Shown: piece by piece, positions 19,349 through 29,476 of the stretch
How the letters are laid out: every line of letters begins with the position of its first letter
How positions within the stretch are numbered: the stretch's first letter is position 1
Assembly: GCA_029907465.1 (NCBI GenBank)
Contig: JARYLV010000001.1
Location: 8,544-72,543 of the forward strand
Source: Methanomassiliicoccales archaeon
GTDB taxonomy: Archaea > Thermoplasmatota > Thermoplasmata > Methanomassiliicoccales > JACIVX01
Direction: 5' to 3'
Length of the DNA: 64,000 nucleotides
The notes under the pieces: model-generated
The model's database searches: none
Told to the model about the DNA's origin: nothing
What the model saw: the letters and a program-made list of their open reading frames with translations, nothing else
Made by a program: the position numbers and the translations under genes

Positions 19349-20545
19349 ATGAAATGGAAATCAGAGGATTATTGGGTGAGCCATTACAATTTCAGAAAAA
19401 GCCTAGATATACCAAAGGTCAAGTTCCATGACACGACATTTAGGGACGGGGAACAGCAACCTGGCGTTGTCTTTACGAGCGAAGAGAAGTTGAGGATCGG
19501 AACGATGATGAGCGAGATCGGCATCGACAGGATTGAGGGTGGAATGCCTCTTGTCTCTGAAGACGACAAAAAAGCGGTCAAGATGCTCGCAAATGCGGGG
19601 CTCGATGCTGAAATTTTCGCCTTTACGCGATGTATGAAAGAAGATGTCGAGACCTCCGTGGCCTGCGACGTCGACGGAGTGATCATGGAGGTGCCATCGA
19701 GCGGACATCTCATTGGCGACGCGTACGAATGGTCTGAGGACAGGGCGAAACAACTGGCTGTTGAGGCAACTGCTTATGCGCATGATCACGGACTTTACGT
19801 ATCATTCTTTTGCATCGATCTATCACGTGCAGACGCTGAATGGGCGCTCGATATCATCGGGGCAGTCGCGGAAGAAGGACATATGGACGCACTCAACGTT
19901 GTCGACACATTCGGGGCGCTTTCGCCTGAGGGTATGACGGAATTGGTCACGATGCTGAAGAACGCTTTCAGAGTACCGATCGAGGTTCATACACACAATG
20001 ACTTCGGTCTCGCTGTCGCAAACACGATCGCAGCGGTCAAAGCGGGTGCAGAAGTTGTGCACACGACTGTCAACGGACTCGGTGAACGATCTGGAAACGC
20101 ATCGTTTGAGGAGACGGCGATGTGCCTGAAAGTCCTTTATGGACAAGATCTTGACCTAGATTTCTCGCGTTTCAAGGAACTCTCTGACGCGGTTGAAAAG
20201 GCAAGCGGGGTGAAAAAAGCACCAAACAAGCCAATTGTCGGAAACGAGCTCTTTTCAATCGAATCTGGCATTGTCGCTGGTTGGTGGAAAACACTCGAGA
20301 AAAAGAACAAGGCTCTGACAATGTTTCCATATCACTGGACTCTTGTTGGACAGGACCCACCGAGAATTGTATTGGGCAAGAAAAGCGGTTTGGCATCAGT
20401 GCTCTATTGGGCGGAAAAGATCGGAATTGAACTCAGCGAAGAGAGGGCGAGAAAGGTTCTCCTCGAAGTAAAGAACGCATCGATCAGGAAGAAGGGATTG
20501 CTAACTGAAAAGGAGTTCAGAGCAATCGTCGAAACGGTTCGATAA
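19349..20545 (+). CDS. Homocitrate / 2-isopropylmalate / citramalate synthase family (HMGL-like), short form without LeuA regulatory domain
   Basis: [11 protein letters not shown] and HTHNDFGLA motifs. At 398 aa with no C-terminal regulatory domain, it resembles AksA/NifV-type homocitrate synthases. AksA (coenzyme B pathway) is a plausible assignment but unproven. Confidence 0.8.
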   Translation: MKWKSEDYWVSHYNFRKSLDIPKVKFHDTTFRDGEQQPGVVFTSEEKLRIGTMMSEIGIDRIEGGMPLVSEDDKKAVKMLANAGLDAEIFAFTRCMKEDVETSVACDVDGVIMEVPSSGHLIGDAYEWSEDRAKQLAVEATAYAHDHGLYVSFFCIDLSRADAEWALDIIGAVAEEGHMDALNVVDTFGALSPEGMTELVTMLKNAFRVPIEVHTHNDFGLAVANTIAAVKAGAEVVHTTVNGLGERSGNASFEETAMCLKVLYGQDLDLDFSRFKELSDAVEKASGVKKAPNKPIVGNELFSIESGIVAGWWKTLEKKNKALTMFPYHWTLVGQDPPRIVLGKKSGLASVLYWAEKIGIELSEERARKVLLEVKNASIRKKGLLTEKEFRAIVETVR

Positions 20546-20691
20546 AATAGAAACACGATTATCTATACCAAGGAGCACTAAATCCCAGTTGGAGCAAGCT
20601 AGTTAGGGAAATAATAGGCGAGTCTAGAGACAAAATCTACCATCTGCGCAAAGAGGAAATCAAAATAAGAAGGTCGATGCAGACTGGTCTC

Positions 20692-21798
20692 TCACGACAT
20701 GAGGTACTCGAAAACCCTCATCGCGCAAGCCCTGCCTTGCGTGATGGCGCTGTAAACGTCTTTCGGGGATTCTGCCGACCCCACCACGAAAACGCCCTCG
20801 ACAGGCGTACTACATAGATCGAGAGAATCTTTCACATTTGAAGGGAAGCCGTTAGATGAAACTGGAAGGTTGAGTATGCGAAATAGCTCAAGACTCGACT
20901 CTGGATGTCTGAGGCCTGTACTAAGAACCACAATGTCCGCTGGGAGCTCGTAAAGCTCCCTGAGCAATGTATTTTCCCCGCACACGATGGCCTTCTCCGA
21001 TTTTTCTTTTTTCAAAATCAAGGAGGGTTGCCCGCGGACGAATTTAACTCCCAATTCCTTCGCTTTTTTGTACATTTCTTCCCCGTAAGTAGCATGGACT
21101 CTGATATCAATATAAAAGACCCAGACATCAAAATCTGGATGTGATTCCTTGAGGAGGATCGCGTTTTTTATTGAATTCATACAGCAGACGCCACTACAGT
21201 AAGGCACTCCGCCACTCCTCCCAGTTCTCGAGCCCGCGCACTGAACGAAAGCGATTGTTTTGTTGCAATTGCCATCCTGCCCGCTGAAAAGACCTTTGAC
21301 ATTCCTCTCCTCCTCGACGAGCAACCGCTCAAACTCAATTGAGCTCATCACTTCGCAGTACTTGCCATAGCCATATTCAGGGAAGAGTGTCAGATCGACT
21401 GGAACGAGTCCCGTCGCTATGACAATCGCGTCAACTTCGATTTCTTGCTTTTGATCCTCCCCCTCCCTTGGTGAAAGAATTACGGAGAATCGATCGGAGC
21501 TCCTCCGGATGTCCTGGACGACCGTATTCGTGTAAACTGAGACGCTTGGTCGCGAACAAATTTCACCAGTCAACCTCTTGGCAATAGAAGCCCCCGGTTC
21601 CATGGACGGGAAGACTCTATGAAGCCCAGCCACAATACCTCCCAGAACCGCTTCCTTTTCGACCAAGTAAACCTGAAGATTAGCGCTGGAAAGGTCGAGT
21701 GCTGTCTGTAGACCAGCTACGCCTCCCCCGACGACGAGCACCTTTCCGAAAGAATCCATACTCATCCCTGAAATTGCCATTAGGTGTGCTTCCATCAA
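20692..21798 (-). CDS. HdrA-like FAD-dependent oxidoreductase (flavoprotein core only)
   Basis: VLVVGGGVAGLQTALDL dinucleotide fold and the HdrA-typical block FVQCAGSR...PYCSGVCCMNSIKNA. It lacks the N-terminal and ferredoxin Fe-S domains of full-length HdrA. Confidence 0.7.
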   Translation of the reverse strand: MMEAHLMAISGMSMDSFGKVLVVGGGVAGLQTALDLSSANLQVYLVEKEAVLGGIVAGLHRVFPSMEPGASIAKRLTGEICSRPSVSVYTNTVVQDIRRSSDRFSVILSPREGEDQKQEIEVDAIVIATGLVPVDLTLFPEYGYGKYCEVMSSIEFERLLVEEERNVKGLFSGQDGNCNKTIAFVQCAGSRTGRSGGVPYCSGVCCMNSIKNAILLKESHPDFDVWVFYIDIRVHATYGEEMYKKAKELGVKFVRGQPSLILKKEKSEKAIVCGENTLLRELYELPADIVVLSTGLRHPESSLELFRILNLPVSSNGFPSNVKDSLDLCSTPVEGVFVVGSAESPKDVYSAITQGRACAMRVFEYLMS

Positions 21799-22052
21799 AT
21801 GTTCTTCTCATTTGACATTAGACTTGCATTATCCGAGCCCCAATCAATTCTGAACAATATTAAGTCTACTAGAAATTATTCTGGTTTGAGATTGACAATA
21901 GTCTCATTGTGCTCTTTCTCTTATATCATCGCATACCATTGTGTCCCTCTGACAAGAACTTGTTATTAAAAAACAATAATAAAGTTCATAAACAATCACA
22001 TCCAAATACCACAGACAAAGTAGTCACTTGATTGATCATTGGGGTTTGAATA

Positions 22053-22802
22053 ATGTCCGCATGGATCTATGCGATCGCTAGTGTCATACTTGTGAGCCTG
22101 ATCTCAATAATTGGAATATTGTTCCTCATGCTCAATGATAACATCCTGAAGACATCTGTTTTTATTCTTGTTGGTTTGGCAGTCGGAGCTTTGTTTACCG
22201 ACGCGTTTGTCCATCTGATTCCCGAAGCTTTCGAAGAGTATGGGACGGGAATTGAGGTGCCTATTTACATAATCGCGGGCATTTTCGCCTTCTTTGTTTT
22301 GGAAAAATTTTTGCACTGGCGACATGAGCACAGTTGCGAGTTCCAAGAAATCTGTAAGAAACCTGTTGGATATATCAATATGGTCTCGGACGGCGTACAC
22401 AATCTTATTGATGGAATACTCATCGGAGTCTCGTACCTAGCTGGCTTTGAAGTGGGAATAGCGACAACGATCGCAATCGTTTTGCACGAAATCCCCCAGG
22501 AAATCGGAGATTTCGGCATCCTGGTATACGCGGGATTTACAAAATGGAAGGCCCTCTTGTTTAACTTTCTCGCCGCGACGGCTGCGATCGCAGGTGCAAT
22601 TGCTTCGCTTATCATCGGGGAAAGCGTAAGTGGATACACGACCCTGATGTTACCACTGGCGGCCGGCGGGTTCATCTACATCGCTGGGAGTGATCTCGTT
22701 CCCGAGATGCACAAAGAATTGAACATAAAGAAATCAATCATCCAGATGATTTCAATCATCATAGGCGTGCTGGTCATTCTCAGTCTTGCGTTCCTTGAGT
22801 AA
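22053..22802 (+). CDS. zupT: ZIP family divalent metal (zinc) transporter
   Basis: HEIPQEIGDFGIL signature in a multi-TM protein. Confidence 0.85.
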   Translation: MSAWIYAIASVILVSLISIIGILFLMLNDNILKTSVFILVGLAVGALFTDAFVHLIPEAFEEYGTGIEVPIYIIAGIFAFFVLEKFLHWRHEHSCEFQEICKKPVGYINMVSDGVHNLIDGILIGVSYLAGFEVGIATTIAIVLHEIPQEIGDFGILVYAGFTKWKALLFNFLAATAAIAGAIASLIIGESVSGYTTLMLPLAAGGFIYIAGSDLVPEMHKELNIKKSIIQMISIIIGVLVILSLAFLE

Positions 22803-23060
22803 TTGACTATTGAAATATCACTTGCAAATCGACATTATTCAGCGGGAACGGGCAAGCTCATGCCCTATTAGTAGTATCATAAACTTATAGCGAAATTATA
22901 CCTCATAATAGTGCTATCACAGACTTAAAACAAAAAATTCGCTCTTGATTAAGCATTTCAATTGATGAATTTCCCGTAAGATTAACATTGATTTTCTTCA
23001 TCCTTATATGCGATTCGCGTCGTCCTTGTACGAAGATAAAGAATCGAGGGGATTTATCCA

Positions 23061-24188
23061 TCAACTTTGACCTAATTTTTTCATCACGAAGAAGAAAATC
23101 GCAACGGCGAATAACTGTATTAAGAATGAAAACACAACAACTGCAATGATTGAATGAACATAGATGAGACCGATGAAAGCCGTACCAAGGAACCAGAATA
23201 CACCGAATGCAAGACTGAAGATCCCGAATGCCGACCCTCTTTTGTAGACCGGGACTATCTCTGCAATGACAGCTCGCATAAGGGATTCCTGTGATCCAGC
23301 GCCGAGCCCCCATAGAGCGACGCCGATAAGGACAAGTGTGAAATTGTTGAAAAAGACAAAAACTGAAAAGAACGAAGAAATGAAGGTGATGATCACGAGA
23401 ACCTTCATACCGTTTACATCATAGAGATGACCAAACGACAACGCTCCAAATGCATCGACAACATTGGCCGTCGCGTAGAAAATTGGAATCCATATCGAGG
23501 GAACAGATCCAATCTTTTGAAAATGATATGCGAGAAATGGAAAATCGATGTACCCGATCGCAACGAGGGATGCGCCTGCGACATAAACCCAAAAAATCTT
23601 CGGCAACTTACCACTTTTTTCAACAGTCTTTGATCGTTCCATTTCCCTCGGCGCTGGGCAATATTTCCAAGCGACGTAGAGGATGACAAACGCGGCAGTT
23701 GCGGGGATGATCAGGATCAAGAAAGCTGTTGAGTAGCCACCATGCATCATCATCACTAAGGCGACAACGACTGGTCCGAGCACCGCCCCAACCGATGTGA
23801 TCGCTTCATTCAATCCGAATGTCCATCCCCTACCGACCTCACTAGCGGCGTGGGAGAGCATCGCATCCCTCGCTGGTGCCCTGATCGCTTTACCAGCACG
23901 CTCGATGATGATGAGAATTGCTGCGGTGACCCAGTCGCCAGTAAATGCAAGTAGTGGAACTGCAACGAGGTTGATGCCATACCCGACATACAAAAAGGCC
24001 CAATATTTTCCAGTCCGATCGGTCATGCTACCGGTGAGTAATCTCGGTGTATACCCTATCAGTTCTCCAAATCCGATAATGAGCGCCACTGCAGCAGCAC
24101 TGGCTCCAAGAAGCCCAAGATATGTACCAGAAATGCTCCTCGCTCCTTCGTAAGTCATGTCGGCAAGGAGACCAATGAGGCTCAGCAA
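23061..24188 (-). CDS. MFS transporter
   Basis: About 11-12 hydrophobic segments with a central loop. The TTG start at 24188 truncates what looks like TM1, and the frame stays open upstream (see findings). Confidence 0.8.
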   Translation of the reverse strand: MLSLIGLLADMTYEGARSISGTYLGLLGASAAAVALIIGFGELIGYTPRLLTGSMTDRTGKYWAFLYVGYGINLVAVPLLAFTGDWVTAAILIIIERAGKAIRAPARDAMLSHAASEVGRGWTFGLNEAITSVGAVLGPVVVALVMMMHGGYSTAFLILIIPATAAFVILYVAWKYCPAPREMERSKTVEKSGKLPKIFWVYVAGASLVAIGYIDFPFLAYHFQKIGSVPSIWIPIFYATANVVDAFGALSFGHLYDVNGMKVLVIITFISSFFSVFVFFNNFTLVLIGVALWGLGAGSQESLMRAVIAEIVPVYKRGSAFGIFSLAFGVFWFLGTAFIGLIYVHSIIAVVVFSFLIQLFAVAIFFFVMKKLGQS

Positions 24189-24427
24189 CAGGATAAACTT
24201 CAGAGCCTTTTTCTTGGAATTTGGAGTGATGACGTTTTCAACTGGCCTTTCTGAACCGATAATCCCATCCCTCTTTGATCCTATGGGCGAGATGAGGATA
24301 CGGCAATAAAAGCAGTTCGATCGACTGAACGACCAAATCTCCGAGAAAATCGCAATGCGTGCGAAAAAAATAATTCCGATATCCTTAAATGTCGTTGTTG
24401 CCTCTCCAACTTGGAACGTGATAGGGT

Positions 24428-25177
24428 ATGCTTGAAATTGAGGATCTTACGGTCGAGGTCGGCGGCAAAACTGTTCTCAGAGATGTCAATTTGAGTGTCA
24501 TGCCTGGCTACACGAGTGTTCTCTTTGGCCCAAATGGGTCTGGGAAATCAACTCTGCTTATGACGATCATGGGGTTTAGCGAATATCAAGTCAAAAAAGG
24601 CCGAATTCTCTTCAGAGGAGTAGATGTAACGCATTTACCTATGCACGAGAGAGCAAAAATGGGCATTGGTATCATGATGCAGAGACCGCCGAATCTCGTG
24701 GGTGTTAAGCTTGGAAACCTCATAAGAGTGATCGGAAAAAATGCTGGTGACTTATATCAACTGGCAACCTCCCTAAGAATGGAGAAATTTCTCGAAAGAG
24801 ATGTCAATGTTGGTTTCTCTGGTGGCGAGATCAAGAGATCTGAGCTGCTACAACTTACCGCACAGAACCCCTGCCTTTATCTTCTAGATGAGCCGGAGTC
24901 AGGGGTCGATCTCGAAAGCATCGAACGAATTGGAAATGCGATAAAAATGCTTCTAAGCGGTAGTCTCGAGTGCGCCGGAAAAAAATCTATCGACGGAAAG
25001 TCGGCACTCATTATCACCCACACTGGCCAAATACTTGATTATATTGAGGCCGATATTGGTTACGTGATGTGCAACGGGACCATATATTGTTCTGGTAATC
25101 CAAGAGAATTGTTACAAGAAATAAGAAAAAGGGGATACGAGGAGTGCATAAAATGCAAGATTCTTCGAGTGACTTAA
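24428..25177 (+). CDS. sufC: Fe-S cluster assembly ATPase SufC
   Basis: Walker A GPNGSGKST, FSGGEIKRSE signature, LLDEPESGVD. Confidence 0.88.
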   Translation: MLEIEDLTVEVGGKTVLRDVNLSVMPGYTSVLFGPNGSGKSTLLMTIMGFSEYQVKKGRILFRGVDVTHLPMHERAKMGIGIMMQRPPNLVGVKLGNLIRVIGKNAGDLYQLATSLRMEKFLERDVNVGFSGGEIKRSELLQLTAQNPCLYLLDEPESGVDLESIERIGNAIKMLLSGSLECAGKKSIDGKSALIITHTGQILDYIEADIGYVMCNGTIYCSGNPRELLQEIRKRGYEECIKCKILRVT

Positions 25178-26379
25178 GGAAAAGGGCTGAAGCGGCGAAA
25201 AGAAAAAGAGCTGCATACGGTGAAGACATCGACCTCGAAGACTACGATATCGCGCCGAAGAATTCACCAGAGACGGATAATCTGGAAAACCTTGATAACG
25301 AGATTAAACGCACGTTGCTGAACGCAGGTGTCGTTCCAACAGGTGAAGGGAGGGCTGGCAGTTTCCTTCTCCTCGATAACGCTGTTGTGCATAGATCGCA
25401 GAAGGAGGAGAGCGTCGAAGTGATGTCGACGCAGCAAGCACTCAAGAAGTACGACTGGGTCAATGATTATTATTGGAAGGCAATTCCTCCAGACACAGAC
25501 AAGTACACCGCTACAACCTTTCTTGAAAACGCTGATGGATATTTCATCAGAGCTTTGCCGGGTGCAAAGGCGAGGATGCCTGTTCAGACATGCCTGCTTC
25601 TTGGCAGCAGGAACGCGGCGCAGACTGTTCACAATATCGTAATCGTTGAGGAAGGTGCTGAACTTGAGGTCGTTACAGGATGTGCCACGAAACCTGGTGT
25701 GGAAAAGGCACTGCACCTAGGCATCTCAGAGTTCTACATTAAAAAAGGTGGTAAACTGACATTCACAATGATCCACAACTGGGCGGAACAGGTCGGAGTC
25801 AGACCTAGGACAGTCGTTATCGTCGGAGAGGAAGCGACATACGTGAACAATTACGTGTGTCTGAAGCCGGTTAAATCAATCCAGATGTACCCGACGGCAA
25901 AGCTTGAAGGAAGAGGATCATTTGGCCGTTTCAATACCGTTGCAATTGCCCATCCTGGGTCGGAAATTGATATCGGCTCGAAAGTGGTGCTTTCTGCTCC
26001 AAATGCGAGAGCGGAGATCGTCTCGAGGAGCATCACGACTGGTGGGAAATCGATCGCGAGAGGTAGACTCGTGGGGGAAGCTCCAGGGATCAGAGCACAT
26101 CTCGAGTGCAAGGGTCTCATCCTCCAAGAGAAGGGGATTCAGCTGGCTATTCCAGAACTCGAAGCAAGTGTACCAGATGTAGAAATGACGCACGAAGCGG
26201 CCGTCGGAAAGATTGCAAAGGATCAAGTTGAGTACATTATGGCGAGAGGATTGAGTGAGGCGGAGGCTGTTGGCATCATCGTGCGCGGGTTCCTGGAGGT
26301 CGGGATTAGGGGGATTCCAGAAGAATTGAAGAAAGAGATCGATAAGGCAATCGCCGCAACAGAACTGAGCAGCGGCTGA
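25153..26379 (+). CDS. sufB: Fe-S cluster assembly scaffold SufB/SufD family
   Basis: Beta-helix SufBD core (GxxARxxSRSI-like region, HEAAVGKI near the C-terminus). It overlaps the end of sufC. The ORF track start is GTG 25144. Confidence 0.85.
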   Translation: MQDSSSDLRKRAEAAKRKRAAYGEDIDLEDYDIAPKNSPETDNLENLDNEIKRTLLNAGVVPTGEGRAGSFLLLDNAVVHRSQKEESVEVMSTQQALKKYDWVNDYYWKAIPPDTDKYTATTFLENADGYFIRALPGAKARMPVQTCLLLGSRNAAQTVHNIVIVEEGAELEVVTGCATKPGVEKALHLGISEFYIKKGGKLTFTMIHNWAEQVGVRPRTVVIVGEEATYVNNYVCLKPVKSIQMYPTAKLEGRGSFGRFNTVAIAHPGSEIDIGSKVVLSAPNARAEIVSRSITTGGKSIARGRLVGEAPGIRAHLECKGLILQEKGIQLAIPELEASVPDVEMTHEAAVGKIAKDQVEYIMARGLSEAEAVGIIVRGFLEVGIRGIPEELKKEIDKAIAATELSSG

Positions 26380-26557
26380 GGTCACAAACTTACGACCGTT
26401 AGCACCGCATCCCGATTGGATTGGTATTCGACTTGGTTCATTCGTATTTTTTTCGATGCCACAATAATTATCAGAATTCGCACCTTCTTGTCGTTGCATT
26501 CGCGTCGATCTAGCTGGCCAACGCAGTTATAACTAGCATGCGGAGGATGAGTGTAGT

Positions 26558-29221
26558 TTATTCTGTCAATCGGTACCTGCCCCTGGGGACATATATACAG
26601 AATCTTGCACCCTTCCCATACTCGCCAATTTCCTCGATTTTCATGCCAGTAATCGACAAGATTTCCTTGACCATGTAGAGACCTTTCCCATGCTTTCCAG
26701 TAAAAAGGTCTTTTTTCAAGTCATCCCGTATCCCAATCCCATCGTCCTCGTATACAATGAGAAGTCCGTCCCCAGCCTCATTGTAACGAACTTCAATTCT
26801 CTTTGTATGTCTCCCATGTCTCATCGAGTTATCGACGAGATTATGGAAGACTTTCTCAAATAATGGATCGACCTCGATGAATACCCCTTCGAGATCGACC
26901 TTTATGTTGATGCCGGTAGTATCGAGAGCGGAAATTCCACGCTCAAAGAGATCTGAAGCCTTTTCCCAGCGAGGTTCTACTGAACCAAGACGCTCGTAGT
27001 CACGAGTCGAGTTGAGTATGCGTTCAATGTTCCTTCCAGCATTCGCTGCCTTTTCGAGATAACTGCGGATATCATTCTCTGTTGCCCTATCTCTCGCAAG
27101 CTCAATGTAACCAAGCACGGCTGTCAATTGATTGAGGATATCGTGACGCGAGACTCTCCCGATCAGATTGAGTTTTCTGTTTGTTCTCTCAATCATCTCC
27201 ATCATTTTCTTCTTTTCAGTCATATCGGTTCCAAATGAGACAATACGCACACCAAACTTTGAATTCCTGATCTCGCTGTTCTGCCAGAATATGTAACGCT
27301 CCTCTCCCGACTTCGTCAATACTGGATTTTCGAAGTTGCGAAGGAGAGCGTCTCCAGCCTTAAAAACTGAAAAGACTTCCCATACTTCTGGGTACCTATC
27401 TTTCGGGACAAGGGTCTCGAACCAATTCTTTCCGATCACCTCAACAGCCTTATAGCCTGTAATCCTTTCAGCCGTATCATTGAAAATCCTGATGTTGCCG
27501 TTTTCATCAAGGCCCACAATCATCACATTTGCTGTCTTGATTAAATTCTCCGCAAATTCCTTTGCCTCGATAAGTCCTTGCTGTGCTGCGACATGATCGA
27601 TCGCCATGGCGATTTGATCGGAAACGTAGTTGAGGATGTCCAGCTCCCTCTTAGTGTATCTGATAGTTTCATCATAGCTCTGGACAACGATAGCACCAAG
27701 CTTTCTATCGCCGACCATCAGTGGTGCCCCCATCCAGTCCACCGGAAGGGTACCGAAAATTTCGATTTCACCCTCCCTGCTCAACCGCATAATATCGTCC
27801 TTTGAAGCGAGAAGCGCTTCTCCCTTCCTGACCACATATTCGGTGATCCCTCGCCCAAGCTTTCTTGACCCCGGAGGTGGGTCGTATTCATCGACAAAAT
27901 AGGGAAAGGTGATCTCCTCATTTTCATTGTCAATGAGTGCAATGTAGAAATTTCTCACAGGCATAAGCTCCGACATGATCGAATGGACGAGTCTGTATAG
28001 TTGCTGGAGTGAGCCGATTGAGGTAACGGCTTGCGAAATACGCAGCATCGCCGATTTAATACTCTCAAGTCTCTTGCGGTCGCTAATATCCCTACTCGTG
28101 ATGACCGCACCACCGAATTTCCCATTTTCATCGGTGAGGAAATTCCAGAAAGTCTCAACCCAAAGTGGCTTGCCATCCGCGCGGCGAAATCTCAATTCAC
28201 ACGTGTAATACTTATCTATGCCAATACGGCCCAGGACCTCACTTAATTTTGACAAGTCGTCAGGATGGATCAAATCATGCAATTTCCTTCCCATCAGGGC
28301 TCCAGGTGAATGACCTGCAGATGAAAGATGAGAAGGACTCGCATATTCGATTAGAAGGTCGGGGCCAACCTGCATGACCATATCCAGCATGTTATCAGTT
28401 ATAAGCGCGAGACGGTGTTCACTCATCCTGAGCTTATTTTCAATCGACCGTTTGTCACTGATGTCAATAGCCGACAAGAGGCTCTGCTTCGTTCCAGGAA
28501 TTATTTCGACCGTTACTATAATCGTCTTCACAGTTCCATTTTTGTCTATTGCATATGTCTCGTAACTTCGTGGAGCGTGCCGAGGATCAATTCTGCGCGC
28601 TACATGATATTTCATCAGCCTCGGAATCTCCGATGGCGGGACAAAATCCTTCCACGACTTTTTTCCTTCGATTTCTTCCTTCGCGTATCCCACGAGTCGT
28701 GAGAATTCGTCATTTACGAGTGAAATCGTTGTGTCTTCTTCGACGATTGCCATTGCTGTACCTGTGTTCATAAAAATCGTACGATACCTTTTCTCGCTGT
28801 CAGCAAGCGCAATTTCATACTTTCTCCGTTTCACCGCTTGCTCAATCATATTCGATAGCTCAGCAAATTGGGAGCGGATATCAGTACCCTTGTTGATGTA
28901 AAAGTCTGCTCCTAGATTCAGCGCCTCAATAACGACTTCCTCCCTACCCTTCCCCGTAAAAAGGATGAAAGGAATTTGGTTCCCCTGGGATCTGATCGTT
29001 TTGAGGAGATCGATTCCCGTACTATCACCCATTTGATAATCCGAGATTATTGCATCGTAACAATTCTTTTGAAGTAGTTTCAACGCCTCATCAACAGAAC
29101 TTGCAATATCCGCTCTGAATTTCTCTTCGAGTTCAAGAAACCCCTTCGCTATCTCCAAAAATGGAAGTTCATCGTCGACGAGGAGGATGCGGATGAGACT
29201 GTGATCCTCCATTCCTATCAT
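26558..29221 (-). CDS. Hybrid sensor: receiver - PAS - PAS - GAF - PAS - histidine kinase
   Basis: RILLVDDE...DAIISDYQM receiver domain, three PAS-like blocks and a GAF-like block. H-box RVSRHDILNQL and C-terminal HATPase (VYEDDGIGI, GKGLYMVKE). Start is ATG 29221 or 29212. The ORF track uses TTG 29233. Confidence 0.85.
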   Translation of the reverse strand: MIGMEDHSLIRILLVDDELPFLEIAKGFLELEEKFRADIASSVDEALKLLQKNCYDAIISDYQMGDSTGIDLLKTIRSQGNQIPFILFTGKGREEVVIEALNLGADFYINKGTDIRSQFAELSNMIEQAVKRRKYEIALADSEKRYRTIFMNTGTAMAIVEEDTTISLVNDEFSRLVGYAKEEIEGKKSWKDFVPPSEIPRLMKYHVARRIDPRHAPRSYETYAIDKNGTVKTIIVTVEIIPGTKQSLLSAIDISDKRSIENKLRMSEHRLALITDNMLDMVMQVGPDLLIEYASPSHLSSAGHSPGALMGRKLHDLIHPDDLSKLSEVLGRIGIDKYYTCELRFRRADGKPLWVETFWNFLTDENGKFGGAVITSRDISDRKRLESIKSAMLRISQAVTSIGSLQQLYRLVHSIMSELMPVRNFYIALIDNENEEITFPYFVDEYDPPPGSRKLGRGITEYVVRKGEALLASKDDIMRLSREGEIEIFGTLPVDWMGAPLMVGDRKLGAIVVQSYDETIRYTKRELDILNYVSDQIAMAIDHVAAQQGLIEAKEFAENLIKTANVMIVGLDENGNIRIFNDTAERITGYKAVEVIGKNWFETLVPKDRYPEVWEVFSVFKAGDALLRNFENPVLTKSGEERYIFWQNSEIRNSKFGVRIVSFGTDMTEKKKMMEMIERTNRKLNLIGRVSRHDILNQLTAVLGYIELARDRATENDIRSYLEKAANAGRNIERILNSTRDYERLGSVEPRWEKASDLFERGISALDTTGINIKVDLEGVFIEVDPLFEKVFHNLVDNSMRHGRHTKRIEVRYNEAGDGLLIVYEDDGIGIRDDLKKDLFTGKHGKGLYMVKEILSITGMKIEEIGEYGKGARFCIYVPRGRYRLTE

Positions 29222-29476
29222 ACAATTTTTCAATAAATAGAATGATTATAATAACATGGTGGCTTTGTTATCAAAAGCGATATTGACGGGATTTCTGTCA
29301 AGTCGATGCCATCGATACCTTCGCCATAGTCGATGATATTACCGTCATGATAATGACCTATCTTTCCCATCTATATCTCTAGGGATCAGTTTATTAATTG
29401 GAACACGACAGATCGCTTAAATCGACGGTGAAGCCGAGGAGATGATCAAAATTGATGAGAAGAAGACGTGAGGAAA

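Noticed and set aside
29230-29371. 46-aa minus-strand ORF (MGKIGHYHDGNIIDYGEG...) upstream of the sensor kinase.
   Set aside because: No RBS and no motifs, and it terminates within the kinase start region, so it is probably fortuitous.
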